Part shown: positions 47,761-63,607 of the stretch, piece after piece
How positions within the stretch are numbered: the first letter of the stretch is position 1
How the letters are laid out: each line of letters begins with the position of its first letter
From: Ophelia neglecta
Lineage: Eukaryota
Assembly: GCA_965285935.1 (NCBI GenBank)
Contig: OZ260665.1
Span: forward strand, 36,084,001 to 36,148,000
Direction of reading: 5' to 3'
DNA: 64,000 bases
Translations under genes and position numbers: made by a program
The notes under the pieces: model-generated
Database searches by the model: none
Told to the model about the DNA's origin: nothing
What the model saw: only the letters and a program-made list of their open reading frames with translations

Positions 47761-50700
47761 TCCCATTCATGATGAGATGCATAATCCGAAATATCCAGTG
47801 AGCTCCATCCAGATGACCGAGGAAGCCATCCCACCTGATAGCAGTATAGACTGAACCATCCTCACCGATGGGACATATCCTGATACAGGTGCATCTATTG
47901 CCTCCATGCTGAACTCTAAGACGTCGGCAATTATATTGACATCAATTACGACCCTTTAGTTCAAAACAAACAGGGCAAGAACAACGCCCAAGTTTTGACC
48001 GGAAAGGTAGAGTTATCCTTGAGTATCACCCAGGATGTCTGGTGGGAAAAACATTTCGTCACTGTAGACCGAATGTTAGTTCAATTTGCCTGTTTAGCAT
48101 ATTTGGTGCGGGTCGCATAATAATATGTCTTGAAATACGAATTGTTTTATTAGCTAACTAAAACATAAAACTATCTTATTTTATGTTTCATTTCTGTTTC
48201 GCTTTTTAGAGGCATTTTGTGTTTTTGAATTAAAATGTGGTATTGATTTAATGTCAATCTGAAGGTTAAGAGGAGAGGTCAATCCACCAAAAATAGTTGT
48301 TCATATTTCTTATGTGGTCTTACTGACATCATGGAGAACTGATGACTATACTTGTCTCTGCAAGTGACATCAAATCTAATTTGTTATTCGTGTACCTTTT
48401 ACACACTTATTTACATTGAATTAATGGAACTGGTTTCAACACGTGTGAGGTTGCAGAGACATTTAAAGATTTCGGACATATTTAAGGGACTGATCCCATT
48501 TAGGGATTTGGGTTTTTTATCGGTTGCCAACTCTTTCTTTCAAAAATTTAAAGTCAGCTAATATATCTTTGTGGGAGAATACACTACACGTTAATATAAA
48601 TTGGAACACGGTTCAGGAATAAAAAACGTTTGACATAGTTCGTGTGCCTGCAGCATACCTACAACGATTTGTAAGTGGTATTTCCTTATCACCTAAGAGT
48701 GTGTCCTATAACAGGCAGACATGATGTATGTGACGTAGACAGTGGTACTTGAATGAACCGTCGTAGAAAACCAAGGGCCATGCTTTGATGAGTCATGTCC
48801 CAGGCGTTATAAGGGTCAAGCGTCGTTTATGGATGTTGCCTTTAAAACTATGCTTCTGCACCATTTCCAAGCAGGGCATGTCAAAAGGATAAATGCCAAG
48901 AACATTTGTACCGGGAAGTTAATGGCCATTAACAATACTGTTAAAGTAATTAACGAAGGTTTCTGTAAGGAAAATCCATAGAATGTTTTAGTTTTTATCT
49001 TTTTAGCGAATTGAGTTTTATGACCAGGAAAAGAGACCTGAAGATTTGCATGTTAGCTCCCATTCACGGCAAGAAATGATCTTCTCAGATCCCTAGCTCA
49101 AAATGCACAATGAATCTGATGAACGAATTTAGAACACAAGAGTATTTACCGCTATAAGAAATAGAAAAACCCAAATGCTTTTACCATTAAGCTTTCTAGT
49201 GAGCTGATGGGTTAAAAAAAAAGTATATTCTAAGATTTAGTATGTTTCTGATAAATGAGGATCTTACTACGTAGTTCATTTCGTCCAAAGCACAGACTTC
49301 CACAATAAATTCGTCTAGCAGGCACACCCCATGAATACATGTTCTTTCTTTGAAAATAAATATGCCAATTATACCGTATGTTGCGATCGTGCTCTAAAAA
49401 CAAGTCGAAGTGGGCTACAATAATCCCAAAAGGCTCCTTTAGAAATGGATAATTTCGAAATGATTTCCTCTTTTGACTATTTTTGTCAACCATACTGGGG
49501 AACAATTTAAACGCATAATAGCAGAGGAAAAAGAATTAAATAACAGTAGAATAAACATGCACCTGAACTCAGACACACCCGGCGCACACCAAAGCTGCAA
49601 CTTATCACACATTCAGCACAGTTAGTTACTTCTGTACACCTGGCGTTGACACAGAAATGGACGAAAACCCCCAATTTCCAATAACTTGTTTATACATGTC
49701 TATTAGCAACATGTTTGGAGAAAGTGTTGATCTGGAATGATCCAGTGTTACATGACATTGGCTGCCGCTTGAATTGCTTTGAACACCGGGATCTGAGTGT
49801 CGATCAAAAATCTTTGAATAAATAAAGCAATAGTATAGGTTCATAGAAATAAACCCTCAACATTTAAAATTCGTTTCTATATTCGAGATGTACTAGATTT
49901 TGAAGTAGAGATCTATAGCTCTTAAGCATTTAAAGCATTTGTTGCGGACAGACCTTTCAAACAGAGCTTTTAAGTTATTAACACTATAAACTTTCTAGTT
50001 TCCATGAACTCGTTGCACTTCAACAGAATATTATGGAAAGTTATGTGTCACTGACAGCCGTGTCACAAAATTCTGGGTCCTCTCTCTTTAGAAGATGAGA
50101 GTAAAATGAGAGTGGCCAATTTGCAGGCGAGACATAATGAAGTCGTCTCTCCGGGAGACGAGAAGCTGTCTAAAACATGTTTTGCGTGGGGTGCGGGGCA
50201 GATAGCGTGTAATTTGTTTTCTGTGGCCTCATCCCAGGATGTCCGTCATAGTTTCCAACCATACTCTTTGATGGGGCTTATATATATGCCAAAACTATAC
50301 GTGATCTGTCCTTATAATGTGTCATACAAAATGGTTTCAAGGAATGTGGTTTCCGGAATGTGCATCAGGCGACCATTGTTATAAGATGATCATAGAAATA
50401 AGACATTAAAATAGCAAAGAATGAGTCGTCAATTCGCTGAATATTCGCTCATCTTGGACGATATCCAGTTGATATCTTATCCTATCTACTTACTGAATCA
50501 ATCATTTCGTCAGTAATCATTTCGTTACTACCCATCCGACGGTGCACGCAGGGTTCCTCTTGCAGGCCTTCAATTGTCTGTCTATTAAAACCAAAGGATA
50601 GCTAGCTAACCCAGAGTAGTCGGCACCTTCCATCTTGGAGAAAACTTGTGCCGTCATTTACAAGCTGAATGACGACAAGCTCAGGCACCTTGTAATAACA

Positions 50701-53700
50701 CAATTTTCTTCAACAAGGCCTGGTTAGAAGAAAAATGTTGCTTTCTTTAGTATAACCTAGTTTATGGAGATGGTTTGAAAGCCGAAGGCAATATGTTGAA
50801 CGCCATGACATTAAACACTACAGACGTTGTGCAAATTTGGACATTACAGTAACCTTGTGCTATAAGAGGCTGCAGTTGGAAGTGGTGATAAACATACTGC
50901 CAGATCGTTTGAAACACAACAAAGATTTGTGCGGTGCTAATTTTACTTGGTTCAAATGTACTTGGAAGTCTGCTGCAAATTTCACCTAGACAGTTTTTTT
51001 CTCCATTGAGTTACGTTAGGTAATATCATGTGCAAGGAATGTAGAAATTTGACAATATTATTGCAATGCTATGAAGGATGCAATTACCAGGGAGTGATTT
51101 CGTATGATGATGCAGGCACACTTTGATACAGAACAAAGTTTTAGCAGATAATGTATTAACCATTGAATAGCATCCGGGAAAAGGAGAGTGAGATATAACT
51201 AATAGCTTACATAATATCTGCTACCAATATCCGACGGTTCTTTTTGAACCTTGAATGCATGCTACGCATATTCTATTGTCGCTGTCCTGCCAAGCAAATG
51301 CCCTTTTTTCTACTTGTGTAGCTGAGACTGCATATATAGATGACAGGCCCACCTCTACAATATTCAGTAAGACAACCTCATTTTAGGTCGACTACACGCT
51401 CCTTATGTGATAACTAGTTTAACTAGTCAGCCATGATTTGGCGGCTCTTCCCTGACACCTAGGCCTTGAGCAAGTCATTCGATTTGCCCCTACAATACAC
51501 AGTGTGCCTGGATGTTTAGGCTATACCACGTACACACACATGAACAGATTGTTTCATGATTCTTTCTAACGAAGGTAGATCGTGCAATGAATTCATTTTA
51601 ACGGAGGCAAAATTTCAATCTCTGCACAACATGCATTATATAAGAAAACGCTTTTCAATAGTTTTATTAAAGGTATAATTGTGATATATTGGGTATATTC
51701 CTAAAATAGCCCTTCGTTTTGTCATGATCGAAGCAACTGAAATAGAAAAATAATTTGAAACGAACTGGGCTTAGGGATATCTATTCATTTGGGAGTGTTG
51801 CTACCCTTGCCTTATCCAAAATTGACGTTCCGCTAACTAGCGATAAAAGAAAAGTGCCAAAGTTTTATTATAGACTGCTTTGGCAGATGTGTATCTTCTT
51901 TCAGTCGGAGAAAAATGAGGGAAGAAGAAATTCATAGCAAGTCTAAATTTATATATCCAACGTCTATAGTGGGCATTTGTTTATACGGGCCACTTTATAA
52001 ACGCAATGTCACACCACATGACTCCCCTTTAGTGAAATAAGTTGCCTTATTCTCAGAAAGGCCAAGCTTTATCATATTTGCTTTCTAGATTCCAATAAAA
52101 AAAATATAAATTTCTTCGACAATGATTTGCCAACGGGATTTGGTCGTTGCATTTTATCACAGGGCCCTGAGAGCTACTTTCTACCATGATCACGGGGAAA
52201 GTTTCGAGCTAAGCATTAGCCTAACTTTCTTGTATATGTTAATACGTGTGATAAAATGAAGAAGCATACTGGCCCTTTTCAAAAAAAATAAATGATAACA
52301 CTCTGTGTTAAAGTATTGAGGAAGACTTGGTTGATTCCACACCATAATTGGTCTATTTTTTATTTGCAATAAAATACTGGAAATAAGGAATGCGATTCAA
52401 CAAACGAATTTAAGATTTGTGGCAGCGTAAACGCGCTGTTCATATTGTATCGGTACACAAATATAAAAGATTGACCAGACACTTATATTTAGCACTTTTT
52501 ATGTATTGAATTTAGGTTAGTTGGTTCTTTTGCCATTAACCTTATGCATTTTGCATGAAATTCCAAACGTTTATAAAAATGTTTGCGCAATTTAAGCTTT
52601 TTCCCCCAAACGGAAAAATTCATTCCAAAGCAACGAAGGGACACATTTAAAGGACTTTTTCGAAAATTCACAATGAGGAATAAAAGGCATCAATTTGTAT
52701 CCGTCTATTTCCCTCATGGCTTGACACAATGGGCAGATTTAAAGTAGGGCAAGACAAAGTTCTATGATAAAAGGTTAACGACGTACTGTTCTATGATTGC
52801 ATGAATGAAAGTACTTCTAAATCTTGGAAAAATAGTGGATATATGACTTATGTGTACAAATGCATAGGACTGACTGTCTCTCATATGTTCTCTGTCTTTA
52901 TCTCTTTTGCGGATATTTGTTCAGTCGAAAAACCATATAACAATCGGTTTTGGTAAAATAATTGCATGCTCTGTACATACGAAATATCAGAAGACTCAAA
53001 AAAATTGCTGTTGGTGTTACACATGGCTTCTATAATACATAACACAAATGTCTCTTACCATTTCAACGAATGAATATTTCTTCTCATGAAATGAACACTC
53101 AATACTAGCCTATGGAGAGCCCTTTTTCAGCTATTCCGCACGAAAATACAGCACATTGAACAATGTTCTTCCATGATCGCTTAGTTCCGAGCTTGATGCA
53201 AGATGATGGCCAGAATTAATAAATGATATCCACGTATTAAATATAGCTTTCAGGCATCAAACAATGAGGTCCCTTATCATATTGCAAGTAGCTGACCCAC
53301 TATTGTGATGATAATTAATGGGTCTGTTGTCAATAGGAGAATGGTCACCTACGCAGAGAAAGGGTTATACTCTGTGTAGTCCATTTAGCAAAGATGTCGA
53401 GTCCGAGTAAGGTGAGTGGAGAAGTACGCCTGCTGATGCAAGGGGCTTAGCGGCATTGCTCCTCAAGTATTAGTCGGAAATGGGCCATTGGCCGTTAGTG
53501 AAAGACACTCACAAGCCTAGGTGCGTGTCTTATCAACTTATCCTAGGGGGTTTTGTTTCCACCCGCATGAGATGGAGATATTTTACTTCTCCATATATAT
53601 CCAGGATATTCACTTCAAAGCTGCATGAACAAGCAAAATATTACGTTAAAAGTTTGTGAAACAGCCACTTGATTAGATAATGTTAATGTACCATCTCGCC

Positions 53701-56700
53701 GCGATTTATCCATCATACTTTCCAGACACAATCTTGCATGCCTAGCATTCCTTGGTACCTAGCTACTAGAGATTTACACACGCACGTGACTTATGAACCT
53801 CTCGCCCTTTCTCACACTTCCTAGCGCACTAGTCCAGGAAGCCTGGTGTTTTTTCCTTGGTCAATGTGCCTATTCTTTGACTAGTTTCAGTCTCAACTAT
53901 CGTCTGATTTACCGCTGTCTATAGCGAAGCTCCTTCTATTGGGTAATGATCAAGTTGCATGTTTCTCTGCAAATGCGAAATTTACTTAATAGCTGGCAGC
54001 AAGCACAACTTAGATATAGATACACGCCTGCTGTAGCGACGAAAGGTCCAGAATGCGCATTGCGCCTCTTTAGAGCAAGACATGTCGGAATGTATGGAAG
54101 TGGATGAATGCTACAAGGCCCTTCCCCTTTTAAGTAATGCAGTTCGCTTTTCCCTTCATTGTTAACACCTGTGTAGGCTCTTTTAGGCTAGATTGATAGT
54201 TATTGGTTGTCATAGACTAATCAAAGACGGCCAGGTTGCCTTACCAAGGACCCGTCGTGTGCAAGGAGGAGATTAACAATGAACTTGAATGTAACATTGT
54301 AGCAGCATCTGGTTCAATCTGGTACTCTGTTACATTATATAAATGTCATAAAAAATATGTTTATCTCGTGAAAGGGGACGAATTCTCCGAAAAGATGTTT
54401 AGCTGTAGACTTGTCATACCAATGACACCAATTCAAATGTCAGATTTATATTAACCGATGTTTGCTAATGTCGTTTTAACAACTCTCCAGTTTCTTGTCC
54501 AAAGTTATACTTACATATTGAATTTAGAAACCTGATATCGTGTATTGTTAGAGGAAGACATTTGTTTTGCTGTCTGATTCCCGACGCAATGCTTGAGGCT
54601 GTACCACAGAACGCATCTCAAAACGACGTATAATTGATAGCAGGCCGTCAAAACAAATCTTAGATTGAAAGCAATTCTTTATTGGTCCAGTTTTAACAAT
54701 GATCGGCTGCAACATTACACTTTCGAAGTGGTAAATTCCAGTCAAGAAATTAAGTGCGAACAAACAAAGACCAACCGAGGGTTGGCTCGATTTTAATCAA
54801 ATTGCGCGACAAAGACCAACCGTCAATAATTAGTGGATTTAGGTGGGGTTAATATCGCTCAGCCATTGATAAAGGACCAGTCAATGTGTTAAAGGAGCCG
54901 GCCCGCATTGTAGTATACCTGAAAACTATCTGCTAACACCCAACACACTACAAGATGAGTGTTAATATGATAAGCAATTATTCAAAACCTTTTTATACAT
55001 TAATGTTGAAGAAATACCAAATTATGCTTTAATTAACTTATTTAAATGACATATATTTATTTTTTTTACGTAGTTACCTCAACATCGTTTTACCTGACAT
55101 TTAAGATAGAAAAGGGCTTCACGTATTCAAAATGATAATAATAATAAAGATTTTTGATTAATTATCTATTCCAAATTTAGAATTTGAGCACGAATGGTTG
55201 GCACCCAGATTGAAATGCTCCTGCATTTACCAAAAATCACAGTTGTCAGCAACACGCTGTTCTGAACTTTATGACCAGAATAACCTTTCAGATACTAAAT
55301 CCAAGCGATCGTGTGCAACGTGGATCAATTCAAATTACCGTTGCGTTCCTGTCATCTGTGTTCTCGAGTTTAATCACTAGATTGCCCTGATCCCGATGTA
55401 CCGTTTTGGAAAATCTTGTAACGATGTGTCCTCAACCTCAAGATAAATCGGCTCCAAGGCACGTGAGGGTCATTTATCATCTTGTCTGTATCATCAGGCA
55501 CGTGCGCCTCTAGTCGTTCATTTTTCACCCTGGAACTCGGGTCGATGTCATGCAAAAGTGGCCTACTCTTAGCTCCCAACATCTGTCTTCACTATAGAAG
55601 AAATTTAATTAAGTCATAGGTCCTACAGTTGAGTGTTCGTTTCTCTCTTAACTGTGTTGTGGATACCTTTTAGTTCCCATCCATATGTCACTTTCGGCCC
55701 TCTGAGAAGGAGGGTTGGATAACACACAGAATTCTTTGACACGCATCGGAGCCGAGCTGATACGATAATTAAATGCAGGAGTACGTCGCTTGAAGGCAGT
55801 ATTAAACATTAGCACGACATGGATGTTCCTTTAACGACTGTAGATAAGGATGGAACGAAGAAAAAATACAATGATCTCCTACTACACATGCCTGGACTGT
55901 TTACATTCAGCAATATCATTTTGCTTCCTTGACATATTAAAGCTCTGCTCATCGAATGTACTCGTGAATGATGTATTAACGACAAATGTTCATTGTATCT
56001 TGTCCTTAGTCATTGACAGATTTGACATTGATACAATTTTTTAAAATTAAAAACCATTAGTGTGGGCATTAGTCCTCCTCGCTTGCTTTGATACATATCA
56101 AGTATTAAGATTTGGTTAATGTTGAATTCTTCTTGTTTAAGTGAAAAACCCTATAGATGTTACGTCGCCAACGCAGAGAAATGTTTGGCATCCATACCAT
56201 TTTTCCTAATAAAAGGTTTGCTTTCAAAAGCCGTGGACTGAAGGCCCAGACCCGGCCGCCGATGTGATCGAAGACGTTATTAAAACTTATGCTTTGAAAA
56301 ATTTCTGGAACCTTCTAAAGATGCATTGCTAAGAAGTCCCTTGTATTTAAAACGATGATGTCTGGCAACCGAATTCTCTCAACCTTTCCTGTTTGACATG
56401 AAAGAGACGACATGAAATATGTGAACCATAAAGATACAAGGATTTAAGTACCAATGAAACAAAATGTCCTCGAGTCCTGTTATTGGGGCCCCGTAAATTG
56501 TTCAATGATACCCAATCATGGTAAATGAGGGAATTCGTAGCTCATAGCTTGATTTAAATGCACAGTTTCTTGTTTTAGAAAAGAAGGCCAAAACGGTAGT
56601 GGTTGCATTGCAAAAGACGATTTACCTTGTGATTGAAGATCAGCTTATATGATCAATACGCCGAAAACGAACCACTGACAAAACACTGCATAGTAGCATT

Positions 56701-59149
56701 TTCCAGTCGATAAACGGTTGTTATAAGATGAAATTGGGTACACCCTTTCTCATTGACAGTATTTATCAAAGCATAGGGACCCTTCATTGACGGATATAAC
56801 AAGTAGGATGTTTGCAAAATCATATACAATCCAAAACCAAATATACACAGTTATGATTGATATTCAAATAAAACTTTCGCCATTTCAAATGCACCTCTGG
56901 CGCCTTTGGCCGGGATGCCTATCAAAATCACATCTCACAGATATCTTCTTGGTTAATTTTCGAATGTCTATGTCAGATTAAAGAAAGAAATGCATTTTCT
57001 TATGTTTTTTATTAAAGCAGCTGATTTATTTTCAGTATTCCCTCAACGCACACACACTCACGCATATTCATGTAAACGTCGAAAAAAGGGGACCTATGCT
57101 AAGCACCGCACCTGACAACCCGGGACACCTTTTTCTAGTATGGCTGCGGGCTCAAAAATGATCAGAATAGAGAGCTATTATCCAAAGTATCGTATGCGTA
57201 GGCTATTTGGTCTGATCCAGATCTGCTGCTGTTTCCTAACCAACATTTCGTTATCAACAAATGTCATGTCACATGTCATTGAACATTATTTGGATGTAAA
57301 AACCGGCACACGGGAGTTCGGTCCAAAAGGCAAACAGTGACCGGAAGCGGAAACATACAAAATAATCGGCAATTTCTGACCCAGAACTTGACTTAGCTCT
57401 TTGTTTCCCTTCGAAGTTCTTTGTTTTTTGTTGTGTTTTGATAACAAGCCCTGGATTGTCGGCTATACAAAACACCGCCCCACTGTCAAACATTCACACA
57501 CTCGCTCACCCCTATTCCACCACCCTCCTGCTGCTTGCTACACTTAATAGTCCGCCAATCATAGCTTTATCCACACTAGCGAATAAACTTTTCTTTTCAC
57601 TTTTAAGATTCTAAATTAAGATACCATTGTATAATTGCGCTGTACACGCACGTATTTCTAGGAAGATAGATTTAGGGCCTACTCGCATTTCGACCGATTG
57701 TACGTAACTGTGGTCAATTACCCTTTCACCACTCAACCTTGAGTAACCTATGCCTAGTGATTCGTATGATTTATTTACAGTGATCCCCTGAGCGAAAGGT
57801 CAATATTCTAGTCTTGTAGATTATGGATTTATGGATATTGAGCTGAATATTGCGCAGCTATTACCATAAATGCATCGCACAATTACCCTTTATATGACAA
57901 TTTGTGCAAACATTTTATGCCACTCTCCCTTCAGTATATATCCTCGATGTCACTTTCGTGCAAATAACCGGCTTTTAGTATTTACTCATCTACGACACAT
58001 CCTATATAGGATATAGTCTGGTGTATCATCCATGTTTGACGATAGCAATCCGTATTAATTATGGCACACTAGGAAACGAGTGAGGAGGGAGAGGGGGGGG
58101 GGTCAATTAAAGTACAAGATAAACAGGAATGATAGTTGGTTGAGTATCCGGGAACATGCATTTAGTAGCTACACAGCGAAGTAGATGAATAAGTCATGTT
58201 TGACTCCTATATCGCAGGCATATCGACAGTCACATTCATGTGTTCACACTTTTGATTTGCGAATACTTAAGCCTATACATTGATGTATAAACACATAAAA
58301 AGGTATATTGTTCCCGCTGTGAAGTCAGGTAGGTAACCTTAGTAACTGAATTATAAAATGAAGGTACTTAGGGCAGCCGACAAATTGACACCCTGCTAAA
58401 TAGCAGCTAGTGTAAACGGCATTAAGTTCCCACATTCTCTGACTAGTATTTTATCTTAACTTGCTATTCGTTGTTTCATGCACATAGTACAGCCTAGTCG
58501 CTTGGGTTTTGTTAGATATAATAGGATGTAGGAATATTGCCACAAATACAAAACAGTGGTTTGAAATTTCGTATTTGAATAATCATCAACACCTCACAAC
58601 GACAAAGATAGTTATTTGTTGGACTTATATAAGCAGTAATGGTAATAGTTGTGTCCAGGCTGACACCTGCTTAACCTGCTAACTATTGTAGTTTTCTAGC
58701 TTCATGAAACAGGGTAGCTTGTTGTATTTTAGCCAGCTAATTAATGCTAACCAAGTAAATCAGTTAAGCTAGCTCTAAATTATCCAGCTATTATAAAACA
58801 CCCCGCATGTTTGGTATTTAATCAGGAGCGTCGTTTATGGTATAAGATCTTATAAAATCTCTTACTGACAATAAATTCGCAAAGGCGTCCTAAAATTTGT
58901 CTCTGACATAAAAAATAAAAAATAAACAACTAGTATCACAGAACATGTGGGCTAATAGACTGGTAATTCTTTTCTGACCAAGTATACATGACACATCAAA
59001 ATATGGATTGTATAGACTAAGTAATGAAGCTTTGTTTTGAACTGACATTCTAATTTGTGGCTTTTTCTTTGCAATCACAAATGTAAATTTAAAACCTGAT
59101 CGGGAGATTCTTGATGGACATTAAAAAAGTGGTCAAGCCTGGTTTTGAA

Positions 59150-61300
59150 ATGCGATCACAATTTAGGCCCAGTAACTACGTCTAAACATTTGTGGCATGA
59201 ACGAAGTGCTTTCCCTTTTGTTTTTGCGGTATGACAGGGTATTGGTTTTGCTGAGACTGGTCCCAATAGGACGAGAGATATTTACTGATCAGCTTCTTAA
59301 TATCGGGGAAATATGCGTCGCGCAAGGTGTCTATCAGGGTCCAAGGAACACAGCTTGTGAAAACACATTAGCTTGTTATGGTCTATCTGTGTTTCTAGAT
59401 GGCTCTAATCAAAAAAGCCAAGCGTGACCTATGAATGTGTTGTGGGGACAGAACCCACATAACGCAGGGTTTCTAGTTCATTAATTTCAGACCGGATGTG
59501 CTTTGACCACAATTAAGATCCATTTTGTACAAAAATCACGCACACGAGAGACCACAAGTTTGTCGAAGTGAGTTAGTCAGCCAGCATGATTCCCAGTAAC
59601 CCCTTTAGATGTCATAGGCTACCTGCTAAAAAGCATGACAAATGTGTTGTTTCGCTTGATTTTAAATTAATCTGCGTTCAGCGTAGTCTCAGGTACAACG
59701 CTTCAACGTTTGAAGGCCGTTAAGGGTAGGTGAGATCAGGGCACTGACATCGGCAAGTGTTGGAGAACCAGGTTCTTCTTTTTATAACAGAAGTCCCTCT
59801 TTTAGTCTGCGATAACTTAATGTAGGTCATGATAAGCAATTGTTTGGTAGAACGTAGGCAGAATGCCACCTTTTTATGATCCTAGATATCGGCAACTGAT
59901 CAGAAAGTGTTCCGTTTAACCAGACGATCATATTCGAGCCTATAAACCAATCTCTGAACAATGGTGACCTTTTATTCCGATGTTATGTTCTTTGAGTAAC
60001 AAAGAGTCCCACCAAACTCGGTCGAATGCCTTCTCTGCGTCTAGCAGAGCCGCGTACAGATTTCATTTCTTTTGTTCTCTACTTAATGGGTAATAGACTC
60101 CTGGATGACAAACAAGAGTAATAAATTACTGGGCTCTGATTTGCAGTGTTTTTTTAACTCATGGAAACCATCATTTCAGAGCTACGGTTTGAGTCTATTT
60201 CCTACAATTTTTTCAAAGATTTTGTTTCAAAAATGGCATCAGTGTGATGTCTCTGTGTGCATCTTTGCATGATTTCGGTTTCTTATCCTTATAAAAAGGC
60301 ACAAGGAAACCATACTTTATTTTTTAAGGTATGAGTGTGTTCTTAGTCATCATGATGAGAAACCCGCAACAAATGAAAGTAGCTGGTTTCCCCCATGCTG
60401 AAAGTGTTGATACGTTAACTTGTCTCTTCCGGGTGTTTCTCTGTTAAGCCCCCGGGGTTAGGCCTCTTGCTACTCGGGTCACTTCTCTTGGTGTTATTGG
60501 TTGATCGAGTACTATAGTGTCGTCTGTCTCTGTTGGCGTCTCTTCAATAATATGTTTCACGTTTTCTTGGACATCCTTCGCGAATTCATTTTCACATTCA
60601 ACCTGTTCATTGTATTATTCGTTGAGTAAAGTGTTAAAGTGGATGGACAAAAATAGATTAACTCGTCGGTGGTTGTAAAAAGTGTCACTATTGTCCTGAG
60701 TGAAACGAAAGGAATCACTGTTTTCTCTGAGACTTCTGACAAACCGCCAGAACGTGTCGATATTACAATCCCCTTCAACTCTTTCAACTCCAGTTTTTGC
60801 GCGGCGTTTAATTTTTCTATATTTTAGAATTCGGAAATTCGTTTTGGCTGCTTTATAGTCTTTGTATGTAGGAAACATGTCCTTAAGTGATCCACTGGAT
60901 TTCCGAGCCATTCGCCTTTCTCTCTGATTGGCATGTGTTTCATCGAGCTCATTATCCCAGTAGGATTTCTGGTAATATTTTGTTTCTGATGGTGGTATGG
61001 TTTGGTTTGCCTCCTTATGTTATAATGTAATGGGTTTATCACATAAATTGTCAATGGTCGTGTGGGGTGTTGGTTGTCGTTGTGCAGTGAACTGGTCAGT
61101 TTCTGAACACCCGCTAGAACGAGGGTTGAGTCCTCATCTGTATTCCCATTAGACCTGTTCCGAATGAACTGTCTACTGGGGGCAAATGATTCTATCGGGG
61201 CTGTCAGTTTGCACATTAAATGAAGATGGCCCGATCCCGAGGTATTCAAGGGAGAATCTAGTAGCACCAAAAAGTTATCGATTACATGAATTTAGTCTTT
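59150..61300 (-). mobile_element. Decayed LINE ORF2 (RT) relic
   Basis: YKAAKTNFR, DTFWRFVR, GFLVPFYK.KKPKS, RDITLMP..KIFEKIV, YAALLDAEKAFDRVWW; multiple frameshifts. Confidence 0.8.
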
Positions 61301-63356
61301 AGGCACGTAAATATGACCTATTTGTGAATGTCCTTGCCCATAATATTATGATAACGAGTCAAAGAAATCACTCAGAGGACATCCAAAGTTTTAATCAAGA
61401 CTTTTCCTCGTGTTGATGGTGTTTTTAAGCCTCGTGAACCATTTAAAATTCCCATTTGCGCATTGAGACCTCCAGGAAACAGTACGAGTCCAAACTGGGT
61501 AAAGTATTCAATAAATATACCGTTGACGCCATTGCTCCACATAAAAGGAACATTACAAACTTACCCACTTTTACATTAAGAATAAACAGAAAATTGAATA
61601 ATGATCAATTCAACAGACACAACCAAAATATCTTTCTATCATTATTGTAAGCTAGCTCAGACAGTGGGTTCTTCCTGGTTCTATGCTTCAGTTTGCTTCT
61701 TTTGGAGAAGATGCTAGCATGTTTGAGGCTACCTGAACATCAATAACATAACCATCTATATAGCTTTATGTAGTGCATGCCTCCAACTTCGTGAAGTCTC
61801 CCAATGCCGAGTTTTTAAAGTCATTAAACACTGACAGAAAATTATACGACAATCAATAATGCTTATTATTGGAACCATACCAATATTGTTTGTCAAATCA
61901 CTTAAAGTGATTAATGCATGTTTTTGAACGAAATGCCGTCCATTGCAAGCTTGTCTTGTAGAATGACTGCCCTCTCCTTAACAATGCCATCATGATCAAT
62001 CTCCAGTCCAGTTCTTTTGCTTCCTTTCTCATATCCAAAACTTTTGCTTCTGGGCTATATAACAAAAAACACATTTTACATGTCAAAAGTTTTAGAGGTA
62101 CTTCATACTTTTTCCTTTCCAATTTCAATTCGCTGTGAATAGAGTGACAAGAAAATATATGTTTATTTTGTAATCATCTAATTAGAGCTACACACGTCCC
62201 ACTTTTAATCAGTGTTAGGTAGTATTTAATCATAAATGATATAGGTTAAAATAAAAAACTTATAACTTGTGTATTTAAGAGTAATGCAACACCGGATGTA
62301 TGGGGAAATGTATCATATCTCAGAGCAGATTGCTACCGCACTGACAATGACCGCACTGGCTAAAATTAGCCTCAATCATCGTGAGCCGGGATGGAACTAG
62401 TGATAGTGGATATGAAACTACGCAGCGGGAAAAATATTTCATTATTCAAGTAGTGTAGCAGCAGCTATAAAAACAAGGCTGGGACTACTAAAAACGCCAG
62501 TCTATAAACACCAGCTTAGTTGGCTTAAATAGGAAATAAATTATTTCGGTCAATAATGAAACCTGGTCTTGTTAATAAACGTCGGTTTAACAATAATGCT
62601 CAGGTTTGAGTGCTAACTGTAGACGGGCTCGCCCGAGGTTACTAATACATGTATTCCCGATCATGTGGAGACTTCATTTTCCTATTTTCTTATAAACAAA
62701 ACAAGTACCGCATCTGAATTCTGGTGACCACCAGAAGGCTTAAATAACAAAATACATTAGGTTTAATGTTTTTCTGCTGAAGACCAGTAAACATTCCTTT
62801 TTCCAGTATGTATAATAATTGCAATAATTGACCTTCATGCATCACACAAAATTTACTGCTCATGCTTCAGATATTTCATACGGTGACCATAAATATGAAA
62901 TATTGGGAAATGTAAAAGCGGCCATTTTGAATTTATGTTAATTTGTACCCTGCTTTTAAAATGTAAAGTTTGGCAATTTAGCAAATAAGTCTTCCTTTAC
63001 TGTTTTTGATATTAACAGAGCTATGCCTTACTCCACGATTGTATTGTCATAAATGTAGGTTGCACGGCAGGCTTTATACCAAAAGCTGATATAAGCTGAA
63101 AAGGGTGTTTTATTTTGGTAGGCTAGTTGCTTGTATTTAAAAATGCGATATGGTTCAATGCCATATTAGTTTATTTCAGTAGAACTGTTTATGTTTTACG
63201 TACGCGGTGCCATGTGTACTATTGGAAAGATCTCTGATCCCAACCCCTCACCCAAACCCGCAACTGCAGCTGTAAAGTGTGTGCAAGAATATTCAGTGTT
63301 TCTACTTTCGTCTGTTTTCGACCAATTAATTAACTGCTTTTTGATTCTATTTTCAG

Positions 63357-63413
63357 AATTCTAAGGCGTCTGGAATCAGAATAGTTAGGCTCTTGCCAGC
63401 TAGTTGAAACATG
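63357..63413 (+). CDS. Calmodulin-like gene 2: ATG-terminated exon (coding 63411..63413)
   Basis: Acceptor ctattttcag at 63356; aaacATG|GTAAGT, the classic CaM exon 1 junction. Confidence 0.7.
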
Positions 63414-63607
63414 GTAAGTCATAATGATTTGTCTGGGAACCCCACAATGGTAGTCAGCATTCACTCGGAAGGTGTAGGACGGGTGGCGGCTCCCTCGGCG
63501 CCGTCCGGGATGGCATATCAATTAAACGCTATGATATTATAGAGAAGATTTCAGGGGCATTTATAATGAAATATGTGTCTTTATACATGTGTCAACAATG
63601 AGTTTAA

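Noticed and set aside
51430-51510. SINE CORE-like fragment (CCTTGAGCAAGTCA)
   Set aside because: Too short, with no tRNA-derived A/B boxes nearby.
36000-59000. Additional protein-coding genes among the short ORFs of the inter-calmodulin region
   Set aside because: No consistent exon chains or recognisable domains apart from TE debris; small or non-coding exons cannot be excluded.
61600-62130. P-element/THAP9-like transposase relic on the - strand
   Set aside because: Only vague motif echoes (KLLTCKM, YIDGYVI); not supportable by eye.
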